Part shown: positions 29,301 to 38,567 of the stretch, piece by piece
Numbering within the stretch: position 1 is the stretch's first letter
Layout of the letters: every line of letters begins with the position of its first letter
Source: Acidobacteriota bacterium
GTDB taxonomy: Bacteria > Acidobacteriota > UBA6911 > RPQK01 > JAJDTT01
DNA length: 64,000 nucleotides
Direction: 5' to 3'
NCBI GenBank assembly: GCA_965263035.1
Contig: OZ253580.1
Location: 1,632,001-1,696,000, forward strand
Translations under genes and position numbers: made by a program
Notes under the pieces: model-generated
Told to the model about the DNA's origin: nothing
Seen by the model: the letters and a program-made list of their open reading frames with translations, nothing else
The model's database searches: none

Positions 29301-29563
29301 TCAGCCGCCCGCTCGAAGCTGACAAGCCGCCGGATCAGCGCGTTGTATTTTGAATGGGCCCCGTCAGGATCGGATCGGGCGAGCCGCAGATACAGTTTGA
29401 TTTCCGGTGAACGGATGACCTGTCTGGGAACGGGAAGCCCAATTTGTCGCAATCGGGGTGCGCCTATTGAGACCAACAGCGCAGGCACCGTCGCCGCTCC
29501 GCGCTGGAGGTCCTCGATTCCCTCCCGGACGATTTCGACTCCAGGGAATCTCTCCATATCCAT
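29288..29563 (-). CDS. Small helical protein, putative partner (antitoxin) of the nucleotidyltransferase
   Basis: 91 aa; overlaps the downstream gene by 13 nt; YNALIRRLVSFERA. Confidence 0.65.
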   Translation of the reverse strand: MDMERFPGVEIVREGIEDLQRGAATVPALLVSIGAPRLRQIGLPVPRQVIRSPEIKLYLRLARSDPDGAHSKYNALIRRLVSFERAAECAN

Positions 29564-29589
29564 GGCCTCATTTTATCAGCCGACGCTGG

Positions 29590-29748
29590 GAGCCTGCGCC
29601 GCAGAAATTGATCTACTGCGAAAGCGGTAGAATCGGTCCATATTTCCCCGATTTCTCGGCGAATAGAACAACTATGCACCTCCAAATCGGGAAAATCTGG
29701 CCTCGATTCCCCACTTTCTCGCTACGATCATTTCTACCGCGCAGACTC
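29590..29748 (+). mobile_element. MITE-A copy 4
   Basis: Flanks CTGG (29586-29589) and CTAG (29749-29752). Confidence 0.9.
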
Positions 29749-29780
29749 CTAGGCTCGATTTGGCTCCTCGGGACCTTCCT

Positions 29781-30959
29781 CTACCGATTTGTCGCCGCCG
29801 CACAGATCCGGAGCGCCGCTCCGGTCACCTCCTCGTCGGTCCCGCCGAACAACAGCCGGATGTGAATCGCGGAACCGAAGAGGTCGCCCGGTTCCGCCAG
29901 GACGCCCCAGTCGAAGAGGAGACTTCGCGCGAACTCCGCTCCCGTCAGCCCCAGTCCGCTGGTGTTGACGAACAGGAAGGGTGCGCCTCTGGGAACGGCG
30001 TATGAGAGGCCGGAAGCCGGCTCGAGTCCGGCCAGCATCAGGTCGCGGCTCCGCTGGTATCTCGCGGAAATCTCTTCGATCCACTCCTGCGGGCCCTCGA
30101 TGGCGGCCTGGCCGGCTCGTTGGGCGACGTGCCCGCACTTGAGGACGCCCCATTCCAGGATCTTGCGCATGTACCGGATCAGGCGCGGGGCCGCAGCGAT
30201 GTATCCGAGTCTCCAGGGTTGGAGGGCGAAGGTCTTGGTGAAGCTGCAGACCGTGATGATGCGGTCCCTGTTCTCCGCGGCCGAGGCGAAGCGGACGTGC
30301 CGGGCGCCGTCGTAGAGCATGTTGTCGTAGCACTCGTCCGAAACGACGTAGAGATCGTGCCTCGCCGCCACTTCCACGATGGCCCTCAGGTCCTCTTCAC
30401 TGGCCACGAATCCGGTGGGGTTGGCCGGCGAGCTCACGACGATGGCCTTGGTCCTGGGCGTGATCACCGCCTCCAGGGCTTCGGGAGTCCACTGCCAGTC
30501 GTCCTCCTCCCGGGTCCTGGCGTAGACCGGGACGGCTCCCGCCAGCTCGATCAGACCGAAGAAGAAGAAACTGGGACTGAAGATGACCGCCTCGTCTCCC
30601 GGGTCCAGCAACGTGGTGAAGACGACGTCCAGCGCGTGCATCGCGCCGGCCGTCACCAGGATCTCCGTTTCCGGATCGAAGGACAGTCCGTCCTGGTCTT
30701 CCAGCCGTCCGGCAATGGCCCGGCGAAGTCCGGGGAAACCGCTGGACGGAGGCTGCTGGTTGCTTTGGGCCGCGCGCGTGGCCGCTCCGACGACGTGCTC
30801 CGGCGGAGGCCAGAACGGAGCTCCCTTGAGAATGATGACGTCCTTGCCCTGCGCAATGAGCGCCCCGGCGATATCGGCCGCTTCGCTGGAGGGCACCCGA
30901 GGCAGTCTGGCCCGCCGGGCGACGTCCAAGGCCTTTCGCGCCGGTGCCGATTCTCCCAT
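29781..30959 (-). CDS. PLP-dependent aminotransferase class I/II
   Basis: SPANPTG, SDECY, SFTKTFALQPWRLGY. Confidence 0.9.
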   Translation of the reverse strand: MGESAPARKALDVARRARLPRVPSSEAADIAGALIAQGKDVIILKGAPFWPPPEHVVGAATRAAQSNQQPPSSGFPGLRRAIAGRLEDQDGLSFDPETEILVTAGAMHALDVVFTTLLDPGDEAVIFSPSFFFFGLIELAGAVPVYARTREEDDWQWTPEALEAVITPRTKAIVVSSPANPTGFVASEEDLRAIVEVAARHDLYVVSDECYDNMLYDGARHVRFASAAENRDRIITVCSFTKTFALQPWRLGYIAAAPRLIRYMRKILEWGVLKCGHVAQRAGQAAIEGPQEWIEEISARYQRSRDLMLAGLEPASGLSYAVPRGAPFLFVNTSGLGLTGAEFARSLLFDWGVLAEPGDLFGSAIHIRLLFGGTDEEVTGAALRICAAATNR

Positions 30960-30966
30960 CCCTGCC

Positions 30967-33063
30967 TCAGTTCAGCTTTCTCGGCACCGTGACCGACCAG
31001 CTCTTCTGGAAGTGCCGCGCGCCATTGACGGTCACCTCCACTCCCACCACATGGTGAAACGCCGCTTCGTCGCTGGAGGTGACCTCGTTCGCTTTGACCA
31101 CGACTTCAGAATCCGGACGCTTGACCACGTACGTGGAAGTCGCCGCCAGACGGGCATCGGCGGGATTCTCTTCCGAAACGGTGAATCTGGAGCGGGTCAC
31201 CATGCGCTCCGATCCCTCTCCCCGAACGCCCTTCGCCTCGCGGCCGAGTCGTAGGGTCACCGCTTTCCCCACGAGATCGTGAGTAATCGAATACTCCAAA
31301 GGCGTGTTCAAGAGCTTGGGGTCGGCTGTGGGCAGTTCCACCAGGTCCGGTTTCGGGAGTTTGGGACTCTGCTCCGGAATCACCGGCAGCAGGATATGCG
31401 ACGGGTGACGGCGGCTGCGGTGCAACGTGCTCACCGCCGGCTCCGGCGTCGGCCAGGCGTTCTGAATGTCGGCGCCTGCGATGGCCACGCGAATCCTGTG
31501 CCCGGCAGCGAACACGTACGACATTTCCTTCACGTCCACGGCCAACTCGTAGATCTCGCCGGGGACCATCGCCTCCGGCTCGAAATGCGAGTTCCGGTGA
31601 GTTCCGCTGAGACCGCCGTAACGCACGAGTTTGGAGGTGCCGTCCGGCGCCACGTCGATGAGCTTGACTCGAAAGTAGGCCACTTCGGCCGTCGAGGAGA
31701 CATGCAGCATGGCCCGAGGGGCGCCCGATACCTCCACATCCTCTTCCAGCGGAGAAGTGGTGTAGGTCAGAGAGTAAGCCTCGTCCGGGCGCTGGTCCAC
31801 GGGCATGGCCCAGGGCAGAATTCCTCCTCCCCAATGGATGCCCGAGGTGATGCCGACGGTGGGCTTGTAGTCGAAACTGTCCGCGGCCGCCTCGGATCCG
31901 GTGGACGGCTCCCGGCTCAGCTTGCCGCCGCCGCGGAAGTAAAACCCGGTGGGCACGGCCCGGGCGATGGGCCATTCGGCTTCGGAGCGCCAAGAGCCCG
32001 CCTCTTCCAGCGGCATCCGGGATGAGGGAGGCGTGTATTCCCGGACAAAAACGGTGACCGGCGGTTCCTCCAGCACCCCGTTCTCCATTCCCTTGAGCCA
32101 GTAGTCGAACCACTTCAGGTAGATGGGGCGGGTGTCGATGCGGGGCCCGGGGACGGCGTGTTTCTCTTCGCCGTACCAGTGTCCCCAGGGACCGACCAGC
32201 GCCTTCTTGAAGGGGACTTCCAACCGATCGAAGGCACGCAGCAACGCGGTGGCGTAGACGTCCGACCAGCCCGCAACCACGAAGACCGGACACTTGACTC
32301 GACCGTAGTCGGCGGACAGGGAGCGGTCCTGCCAGTAGGGCCCCTCCGTCGGGTGAGAGATGTAGCCGATCCCCCAGGGCCGGTTGTTCTCCAGCCGGTT
32401 CTGCCAGATCTCGCTCCATCTCACACCGGCGATCTCGGGATCGGGAGGGGCGAAATTGAAAGCGGTCATATGGGGAGAATAGCTGTCGAACATGTAGGGG
32501 CGAAGCACGCCCCCGGGATAGGTCCATTCGGTGTAGACGCTGTCGTTGGCCGAGCGCACGATGATGGTCTTGAGGTGGGGAGGATTCTGGACCGCGACCT
32601 GCCACTGGACCACGCCGCTGTAGGATTTCCCCAGCATGCCCACGTTGCCGTTGCACCAGGGCTGGGCGGCGATCCACTCCACCATTTCGTAAGCGTCGCG
32701 CCGTTCGTCGTCGGCATAGATGTCATGGCTCCACCCGCCGGAGTTCCCCGTGCCGCGCACGTCGAACTGCACCACCACGTAGCCCCGCTCCGCCAAATAG
32801 GGAACGGCGGGTGGATACTCATCCCGGTAGTCCGGCAGGGGAGCTTTGACCCGCCGGTAGGGGTTGTATTCCATGATGGCCGGGAATCTTCCCTCCGCGT
32901 CAGGCCGCGTGATTCTCACCGCCAACTCCACTCCGTCCCGCATGGGGACGTAACGGTGGATCAGCTTGACCTTGCCCTCGTAAACGGGCGGGGAGAGTTT
33001 TGCCTTAGATTGACCGAAGATCCCGGTAGAAAATCCAATAATCATGAGAACGAAATAAAGCAT
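30967..33063 (-). CDS. CocE/NonD family hydrolase (2), exported
   Basis: VPMRDGVELA, DVRGTG, GKSY, GPWGH, C-terminal PepX-like domain. Confidence 0.92.
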   Translation of the reverse strand: MLYFVLMIIGFSTGIFGQSKAKLSPPVYEGKVKLIHRYVPMRDGVELAVRITRPDAEGRFPAIMEYNPYRRVKAPLPDYRDEYPPAVPYLAERGYVVVQFDVRGTGNSGGWSHDIYADDERRDAYEMVEWIAAQPWCNGNVGMLGKSYSGVVQWQVAVQNPPHLKTIIVRSANDSVYTEWTYPGGVLRPYMFDSYSPHMTAFNFAPPDPEIAGVRWSEIWQNRLENNRPWGIGYISHPTEGPYWQDRSLSADYGRVKCPVFVVAGWSDVYATALLRAFDRLEVPFKKALVGPWGHWYGEEKHAVPGPRIDTRPIYLKWFDYWLKGMENGVLEEPPVTVFVREYTPPSSRMPLEEAGSWRSEAEWPIARAVPTGFYFRGGGKLSREPSTGSEAAADSFDYKPTVGITSGIHWGGGILPWAMPVDQRPDEAYSLTYTTSPLEEDVEVSGAPRAMLHVSSTAEVAYFRVKLIDVAPDGTSKLVRYGGLSGTHRNSHFEPEAMVPGEIYELAVDVKEMSYVFAAGHRIRVAIAGADIQNAWPTPEPAVSTLHRSRRHPSHILLPVIPEQSPKLPKPDLVELPTADPKLLNTPLEYSITHDLVGKAVTLRLGREAKGVRGEGSERMVTRSRFTVSEENPADARLAATSTYVVKRPDSEVVVKANEVTSSDEAAFHHVVGVEVTVNGARHFQKSWSVTVPRKLN

Positions 33064-33089
33064 AGCCGTCTATCGAATGAATCTTGTCT

Positions 33090-34412
33090 TCAGCCGTTGC
33101 TCCAGTCGTACCGCCGACGGTTCTTCCACTGGCCTTCAGTATAGTCGGGCACCTCCTGCGTGGCCCCGTTCTCACGGACGGATTTCGCCGAGAGCGGGAT
33201 GAGGGAACTCCAGGTGACGGCGTCATAGACGTCGATTCCCGGGGTCTTGTCTTCCATCAGGCACTTGTAGAAATGTTCGATCACGAAATAGTCGCCTCCG
33301 CCATGTCCGGTCCGCAATGCCGCTTTCCCGTGCCGGGTCCAGAAGGGGTGATCGTAACGGTCGTGGTAGTCCGAGACGGACTCCCAATCCTTCGACTTTC
33401 CATCCACGAACATCCCCGCTTCGTCGTCGTATGAGGCTTTGGTGCCCTGAAGCGTGTAGAAATCCATGTGGTGCGGCCGCGGGGAACAGATGTCGAAGCG
33501 GAGAAAGATTACGGCTCCGCTCTCGGTCCGAATCAGGCTGACGGTGTTGTCCCCGTTCCAGGTCGCCGTGGCCCCCGGGGTGTCGGGACCAAATCGCTCG
33601 ATGGCATATTCCCGAAAACTGTGGGCCGGAGTCATCATGGTCACGCATTGCCGGAGCTGGTCTCCCCGGGGGATTCCGAACCACATGGACGTGGGTCCGA
33701 GGGCATGGGTCGGATAGGTGTTTCCGATCAGATCCGTCCGGCTGTTGAGCGATCCGCGCCAGTTCAGCGAGCCGTCCGGATTGAACTGCAGGTTCCGAGC
33801 CTCGTGGATATAGCCGCACTCGGCGAAGGTGAGCGTTCCGAAGACCCCCTGCTCCACCGCGTTCAGGATCATCATGTTGGTGCGGAGGAAGCAGAGGTTC
33901 TCTGCCATGAAGTATTTGGCGTCGGTCTCCTGAGCCGCCCGCACCAGGTCCCAACCCTCTTCGATGGTGTTGCAAGCCGGCACCTCGCTGAAGACATGCT
34001 TGTGCGCCCGCAAGCTGTCGATGGCCATGGGACCGTGCCACCAGGTGGGCGTGGTGATGAACACGGCGTCGACGTCGTCGCGCTCGAGCAAGCGCTTGTA
34101 GTCGTTGGGGCCCCCGGTGTAGGTGTCCGGCTTGTACCCGAGCTTCTCCTGCACCATCTTCGCTCCCCGCTGAGCCGCCTCTTCACGGAAGTCGCACAGC
34201 GCCGGAACGTCGACGTTGAACCGGTCGAGAGACGCCTTGAGGAAGAGCCTGCCCCGGTTTCCAACGCCGATGATGGCGATCTTGAACTTCTTCGACCCAT
34301 GTTTGCTGGACAGGGCGGCCGGCGCTCCCGCGAGCGCGGCGGGAGCCAGGGACGACGCCAATGCGGTGCCACTCCCGGTCTGTACGAATTCCCGGCGGTT
34401 CAATTTCTTCAT
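33090..34412 (-). CDS. Tat-exported Gfo/Idh/MocA oxidoreductase, GH109 (alpha-N-acetylgalactosaminidase)-like
   Basis: NRREFV; IGVGNRG; SEVPA; AENLCF; YPTHALGP; GHGGGD. Confidence 0.85.
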   Translation of the reverse strand: MKKLNRREFVQTGSGTALASSLAPAALAGAPAALSSKHGSKKFKIAIIGVGNRGRLFLKASLDRFNVDVPALCDFREEAAQRGAKMVQEKLGYKPDTYTGGPNDYKRLLERDDVDAVFITTPTWWHGPMAIDSLRAHKHVFSEVPACNTIEEGWDLVRAAQETDAKYFMAENLCFLRTNMMILNAVEQGVFGTLTFAECGYIHEARNLQFNPDGSLNWRGSLNSRTDLIGNTYPTHALGPTSMWFGIPRGDQLRQCVTMMTPAHSFREYAIERFGPDTPGATATWNGDNTVSLIRTESGAVIFLRFDICSPRPHHMDFYTLQGTKASYDDEAGMFVDGKSKDWESVSDYHDRYDHPFWTRHGKAALRTGHGGGDYFVIEHFYKCLMEDKTPGIDVYDAVTWSSLIPLSAKSVRENGATQEVPDYTEGQWKNRRRYDWSNG

Positions 34413-34449
34413 TGCGGATGACCTTCTATCTGTTGGGGTGAAGATTCCG

Positions 34450-34544
34450 GTAGGAGGGGGGACAGTCTTGTCCCCCACACACGTAGGAGGGGACAGTCTT
34501 GTCCCCCACGCGCCAAGAATCGGGGGTTAAAAACCCCCGCTCCC
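34450..34544. repeat. REP-like cluster with two tandem GTAG-led units
   Basis: GTAGGAGGGG(GG)ACAGTCTTGTCCCCC at 34450 and 34483, then CGGGGGTTAAAAACCCCCGCTCC. Confidence 0.8.
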
Positions 34545-34603
34545 ATCTCGACCCGTCCGATTTCTTCGATCTCCTGATCGTCACAGGCAACGTTCGCTTT
34601 CGT

Positions 34604-36682
34604 CTAATTCAACTGCCTGGGGACCGTGATCGACCAGCTCTTGTTGAAATGCCGGGCTCCGTTGACGGTGACCTCCACTTCCGCCACATAGCGGAACGAG
34701 GTCTCGTTACTTGTGGTCAGCTCATTGGCTGTCACTTGAATCTTCGACTCCGGACGATCCACGGTATAGACCGCCTTGGCCTTGACCGTGGCCCGCGCCG
34801 GATTCTCCGACGAAACCGTGAACCGGGAATCCAAGAGGAGACTGCCTCTCGCCACGTGGATCCGGAGCGTGGTGGTGTTGTTCACAAGATCGCGGGTAAT
34901 CGAGTACTCCTTGGGCTGGGACAGGTCGTCGGGGTCGGCATTGGGAAGACGCTTCAGTCCGGGCTCGGGCAGCTTCGGGTTCTGAGCGGGCACCACCGGA
35001 AGCACGAGATGGGACGGACGCTGGCGGTTTCGGTGCAGCGTGATCTCCGCCGGCTTGGGCGTCGGCCACGCGTTCGGCATGTCGGCACTGGCGATGGCGA
35101 CCCGGACCCGGTGCCCTTTCGCAAACACGTAGGACATGGCCTTCAGATCGAACTTCAATTCGTGGACGGCACCCGTTTCCAGCGGTTCCGGACTGGAGTG
35201 GGAGTTCCGATGAGTGGCGTTCAGTCCCCCATAGCGAACCAGCTTGGCCGTTTCGTCCGGTGCGACGTCGATCAGCTTGACCCGAAAATAAGCCACGTCC
35301 GCAGTCGAGGAGACGTGGAGCACCGCGGTGGGATTCCCGGTGACCTCCAGGTCCTCTTCCAACGGCGCGGACGTGTAGACGAGGGAGTGCGCCTGGTCCA
35401 GACGCTGATCCACCGGCATCCCCCAGGGATTGATGCTCCCCCCGGCATGGATGCCCGAGGTGATGCCGACGGCCGGGTCGTATTCATAGCTGTCGGATGC
35501 CGATTCCAATGCTGCCGGCCGTTCCCCGCTGAGCCGGCCACCCTCGTGAAAGTACATCGGTGTGGATTGCATTCTCGGAACGGGCCAATCCATCTCGGAT
35601 TGCCAGAAGCCCGGCTCTTCCAGATACATCCGCGCCGAAGGCTTCTTGTATTGCCGCTTGAAGAGGGTCACGGGCGGTTCGTCCATCACCCCGTTGTCGA
35701 TTCCCTTGAGCCAGTAGTCGAACCACTTCTGATACTCCAGGCGCCCGTCGATCCGGGGTCCGGGAACGGTATTGTGGACTTCCGGCCACCAGTGTCCCCA
35801 GGGACCGACGAGAGCCCGCTTGGGAACTTTCAACTTGGAGAACGCTCGGAGCAGGGCGGTCGAGTACCAGTCGGCCCAGCCTCCGATCACGAACACGGCA
35901 CTCTGGACTCGATCATAGTCGGGCGCCAGGGATTGGCCGCGCCAGTACGGACCGTCCAGCATGTGTTTGATGAAGCCGTAGCCCCAGGGCCGGTTGTTCT
36001 GGAGATGCTCCTCCCAGATCTCGCTCCACTTGGCCCCGACCAGATCCGGGTCCGGGGGAGCGAAGTTCATGGCGGTCATCTGGGGCGCGTACCGCCACAT
36101 GACGAAGGGCCGGAGCACCCCGCCCGGGTAGATGAACTCGGTGTAGTTGTCGTCGTTTCCGGAGCGGACGATGATGGCCTTCAGGTGCGGAGGCGCCTGC
36201 TTCGCCACGTGCCACTGCACCACACCCCCGTAGGAAATGCCCATCATCCCGACCTTCTCGTTGCACCAGGGTTGGGCCGCGATCCACTCCACCATGTCGT
36301 AGCCGTCCCGCTGCTCGGCCGGGTTGTAAAAGTCCCGGGTGAAACCGCCGGAGTTGCCGGTCCCCCGGGTGTCGTACTGAACGATGGCGTAGCCCTGGCC
36401 CGCCAGGTAGAGCATGGGCTGGAAAGGCCACGGTTCTTCGTCGAAGTCGAGAGGTCCCTTCTTCAGGAAACGGTAGGGGTAGTAGATCATGACGGCCGGA
36501 AACCGGCCTTCGACGTCCGGACGAATGATGCGGGTCGCCAGCTCCACGCCGTCCCGCATGGCGACGCGCTCGTAGGTCACTTCGAGCTTGTCGCCGTAGG
36601 GTGTCCCGGCCATGGGGTCGCCGGACGGTTCGGCGGAAAGGCTCACGGAAACGAGGGTAGCGAAGAGCAAGAGAAAGAACAT
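34604..36682 (-). CDS. CocE/NonD family hydrolase (3), close paralog of (2)
   Basis: MRDGVELA, DTRGTG, GISY, GPWGHW; collinear with 30967..33063. Confidence 0.92.
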   Translation of the reverse strand: MFFLLLFATLVSVSLSAEPSGDPMAGTPYGDKLEVTYERVAMRDGVELATRIIRPDVEGRFPAVMIYYPYRFLKKGPLDFDEEPWPFQPMLYLAGQGYAIVQYDTRGTGNSGGFTRDFYNPAEQRDGYDMVEWIAAQPWCNEKVGMMGISYGGVVQWHVAKQAPPHLKAIIVRSGNDDNYTEFIYPGGVLRPFVMWRYAPQMTAMNFAPPDPDLVGAKWSEIWEEHLQNNRPWGYGFIKHMLDGPYWRGQSLAPDYDRVQSAVFVIGGWADWYSTALLRAFSKLKVPKRALVGPWGHWWPEVHNTVPGPRIDGRLEYQKWFDYWLKGIDNGVMDEPPVTLFKRQYKKPSARMYLEEPGFWQSEMDWPVPRMQSTPMYFHEGGRLSGERPAALESASDSYEYDPAVGITSGIHAGGSINPWGMPVDQRLDQAHSLVYTSAPLEEDLEVTGNPTAVLHVSSTADVAYFRVKLIDVAPDETAKLVRYGGLNATHRNSHSSPEPLETGAVHELKFDLKAMSYVFAKGHRVRVAIASADMPNAWPTPKPAEITLHRNRQRPSHLVLPVVPAQNPKLPEPGLKRLPNADPDDLSQPKEYSITRDLVNNTTTLRIHVARGSLLLDSRFTVSSENPARATVKAKAVYTVDRPESKIQVTANELTTSNETSFRYVAEVEVTVNGARHFNKSWSITVPRQLN

Positions 36683-36780
36683 CTCGGCACCCCTCCGTAA
36701 ACGGATGGCTTGAAGGGTCTCGACCAGAGGAAAAAAGATCTCGCGAGTCTATGCCCTGCCCCGACGCCGGTCAACCCGCC

Positions 36781-36860
36781 AGGAGCGGCGGTTTCCAACC
36801 GCCGAACTCCCAAGCCGAACTCCCAATGGGGAATGGGGGACAAGGATGTCTCCCCTCCTA
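36781..36860. repeat. REP-like doublet
   Basis: GGAGCGGCGGTTTCCAACCGCC...GGGGGACAAGGATGTCTCCCCTCC; near-copy of 41191-41262. Confidence 0.8.
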
Positions 36861-36905
36861 TATTCGCGGTATTGGAGGGTATTCTGATTGAGCGGGAGGT
36901 CTTAA

Positions 36906-37064
36906 CAGCCCGTGGCAAAAGTCGTCACGGCATTCGACCGTCCCTGCATCGTGCGCGGACTGCGTTGCTATCGGCTCACATACTCCCGGTATGCTCCCTC
37001 ATCGCGCCTTGTCCGGCGGGCGCAGGAACGGTCTCGGTGCTCGCGCGACTTTCACCACGGACTG
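36906..37064. mobile_element. MITE-B (159 bp)
   Basis: TIRs CAGCCCGTGGCAAAAGTCG / CAGTCCGTGGTGAAAGTCG; TTAA on both sides (36902-36905, 37065-37068); no ORF. Confidence 0.8.
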
Positions 37065-38549
37065 TTAAGCGAGAACCTCCCGGATGACCCGTCCGTGAAC
37101 GTCCGTCAGACGGCGGTCGATGCCGTTGTGCCGGAAGGTCAATTTCTCGTGATCGATGCCGAGCCGTTCCAGAACTGTGGCATGCAGGTCATAGCAGTAG
37201 ATGGGATTTTCCGCGGCTCTGTAGGACCATTCATCGCTGGTTCCGTAGGTCACGCCGCCTTTCACACCGCCACCTGCGAGCCAACTGGTGAAGGTGAACG
37301 GGTTATGGTCCCGCCCTCTGCTCCCCTGACTGCAGGGCATACGGCCGAACTCGGTCGTCCAATAGACGATGGTGTCCTCCAGCAAGCCGCGAGACTTGAG
37401 GTCTTTGATCAGCGCGGCGGCCGGCCGATCCATCTCCGCGGCCATGTCTCCATGATCCTTTTCGATATTTTCGTGACTGTCCCAATTCCTTCTCGGGAAG
37501 CCGTTATCAGCCCCGCTCCATACCTGAACAAAGCGGACGCCCCTTTCGAGAAGCCGGCGCGCGACCAGGCACCGGGTCCCGAAATCCCGGGTGGCCGGCT
37601 CATCCACTCCGTACAGTTTCCGAGTGATTGCGGACTCTCCCGAGACGTCCATGACTTCGGGGGCGCTGAGCTGGAGCTTGGCGGCCATCTCGTAAGAACG
37701 GATGCGCGCTTCGAGTCGCGAGTCGGCGCCCCGCTCCTCCTGGTGAGCGCGGTTCAGTTTCTGTAGCACCTCAAGAGTGTCTGCCTCGCCCGAAGCGGTG
37801 ATGTATTGCGCGGATTCCGGCGGAAAAAGGTCGTGGATGGGATTGGGGCGTCCCACGCGAATCATGGTCCCCTGATGCGATGCGGGCAGAAAACCGGCCG
37901 CCCAGTTGCCCGGACCGTTGGGTGGGAATCCGCGCACGTCCGGGAGCACGACGAAGGTCGGCAGATTGTCGTTCATGCTGCCCAGCCCATAAGACAGCCA
38001 GGCCCCCATGCTGGGGAATCCCGGAAGCACGAAACCGGTGTTCTGCATGAACGTAGCGGGGCCATGCACGTTCGATGTGGAAATCATCGAATGGAAGAAG
38101 GCAATCTCATCGACGCAAGTCGCCAGTTGGGGCACCAGACTGCTGACCCATTTGCCGCATTCTCCATTCCGCTTCCAGTCCCAGGGACTCTTCATGACCG
38201 GACCCGGTTCGCTTTGAAACAGCTCGACCTTTTCGCCGGGATCGAACTTCTCCCCGCTCCTCGTGATCAATTCCGGCTTGTAATCGAAGGTGTCCACTTG
38301 GCTGGCCGCACCCGACATGAACAGCTGAACCACCCGCTTGGCCTTGGCGCGGTGGTGCAGGCCGCCGTTGAGCTCAGGGAGGGACCTGGCCGCAGAGGTT
38401 CTGGTCAGCAGGTGCGCCAGCGCGATCCCGCCGAGTCCGCCGCCCCATTTCCACAGCACTTCCCGACGACTGACAGTCGGGAGAACGGCGGGTTCGCGGC
38501 CGAGGGGCGACTGCTGGGATCTACAACGGTGCGTGCCGTCACTTCTCAT
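37065..38549 (-). CDS. DUF1501 family protein (Tat-like signal)
   Basis: SRREVL; AKAKRVVQLFMSG..SQVDTFDYKP; LERGVRFVQ; TEFGR; GRDH; RLTDVHG. Confidence 0.92.
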   Translation of the reverse strand: MRSDGTHRCRSQQSPLGREPAVLPTVSRREVLWKWGGGLGGIALAHLLTRTSAARSLPELNGGLHHRAKAKRVVQLFMSGAASQVDTFDYKPELITRSGEKFDPGEKVELFQSEPGPVMKSPWDWKRNGECGKWVSSLVPQLATCVDEIAFFHSMISTSNVHGPATFMQNTGFVLPGFPSMGAWLSYGLGSMNDNLPTFVVLPDVRGFPPNGPGNWAAGFLPASHQGTMIRVGRPNPIHDLFPPESAQYITASGEADTLEVLQKLNRAHQEERGADSRLEARIRSYEMAAKLQLSAPEVMDVSGESAITRKLYGVDEPATRDFGTRCLVARRLLERGVRFVQVWSGADNGFPRRNWDSHENIEKDHGDMAAEMDRPAAALIKDLKSRGLLEDTIVYWTTEFGRMPCSQGSRGRDHNPFTFTSWLAGGGVKGGVTYGTSDEWSYRAAENPIYCYDLHATVLERLGIDHEKLTFRHNGIDRRLTDVHGRVIREVLA

Positions 38550-38567
38550 TTGGGTTCTTCCGCCCTT

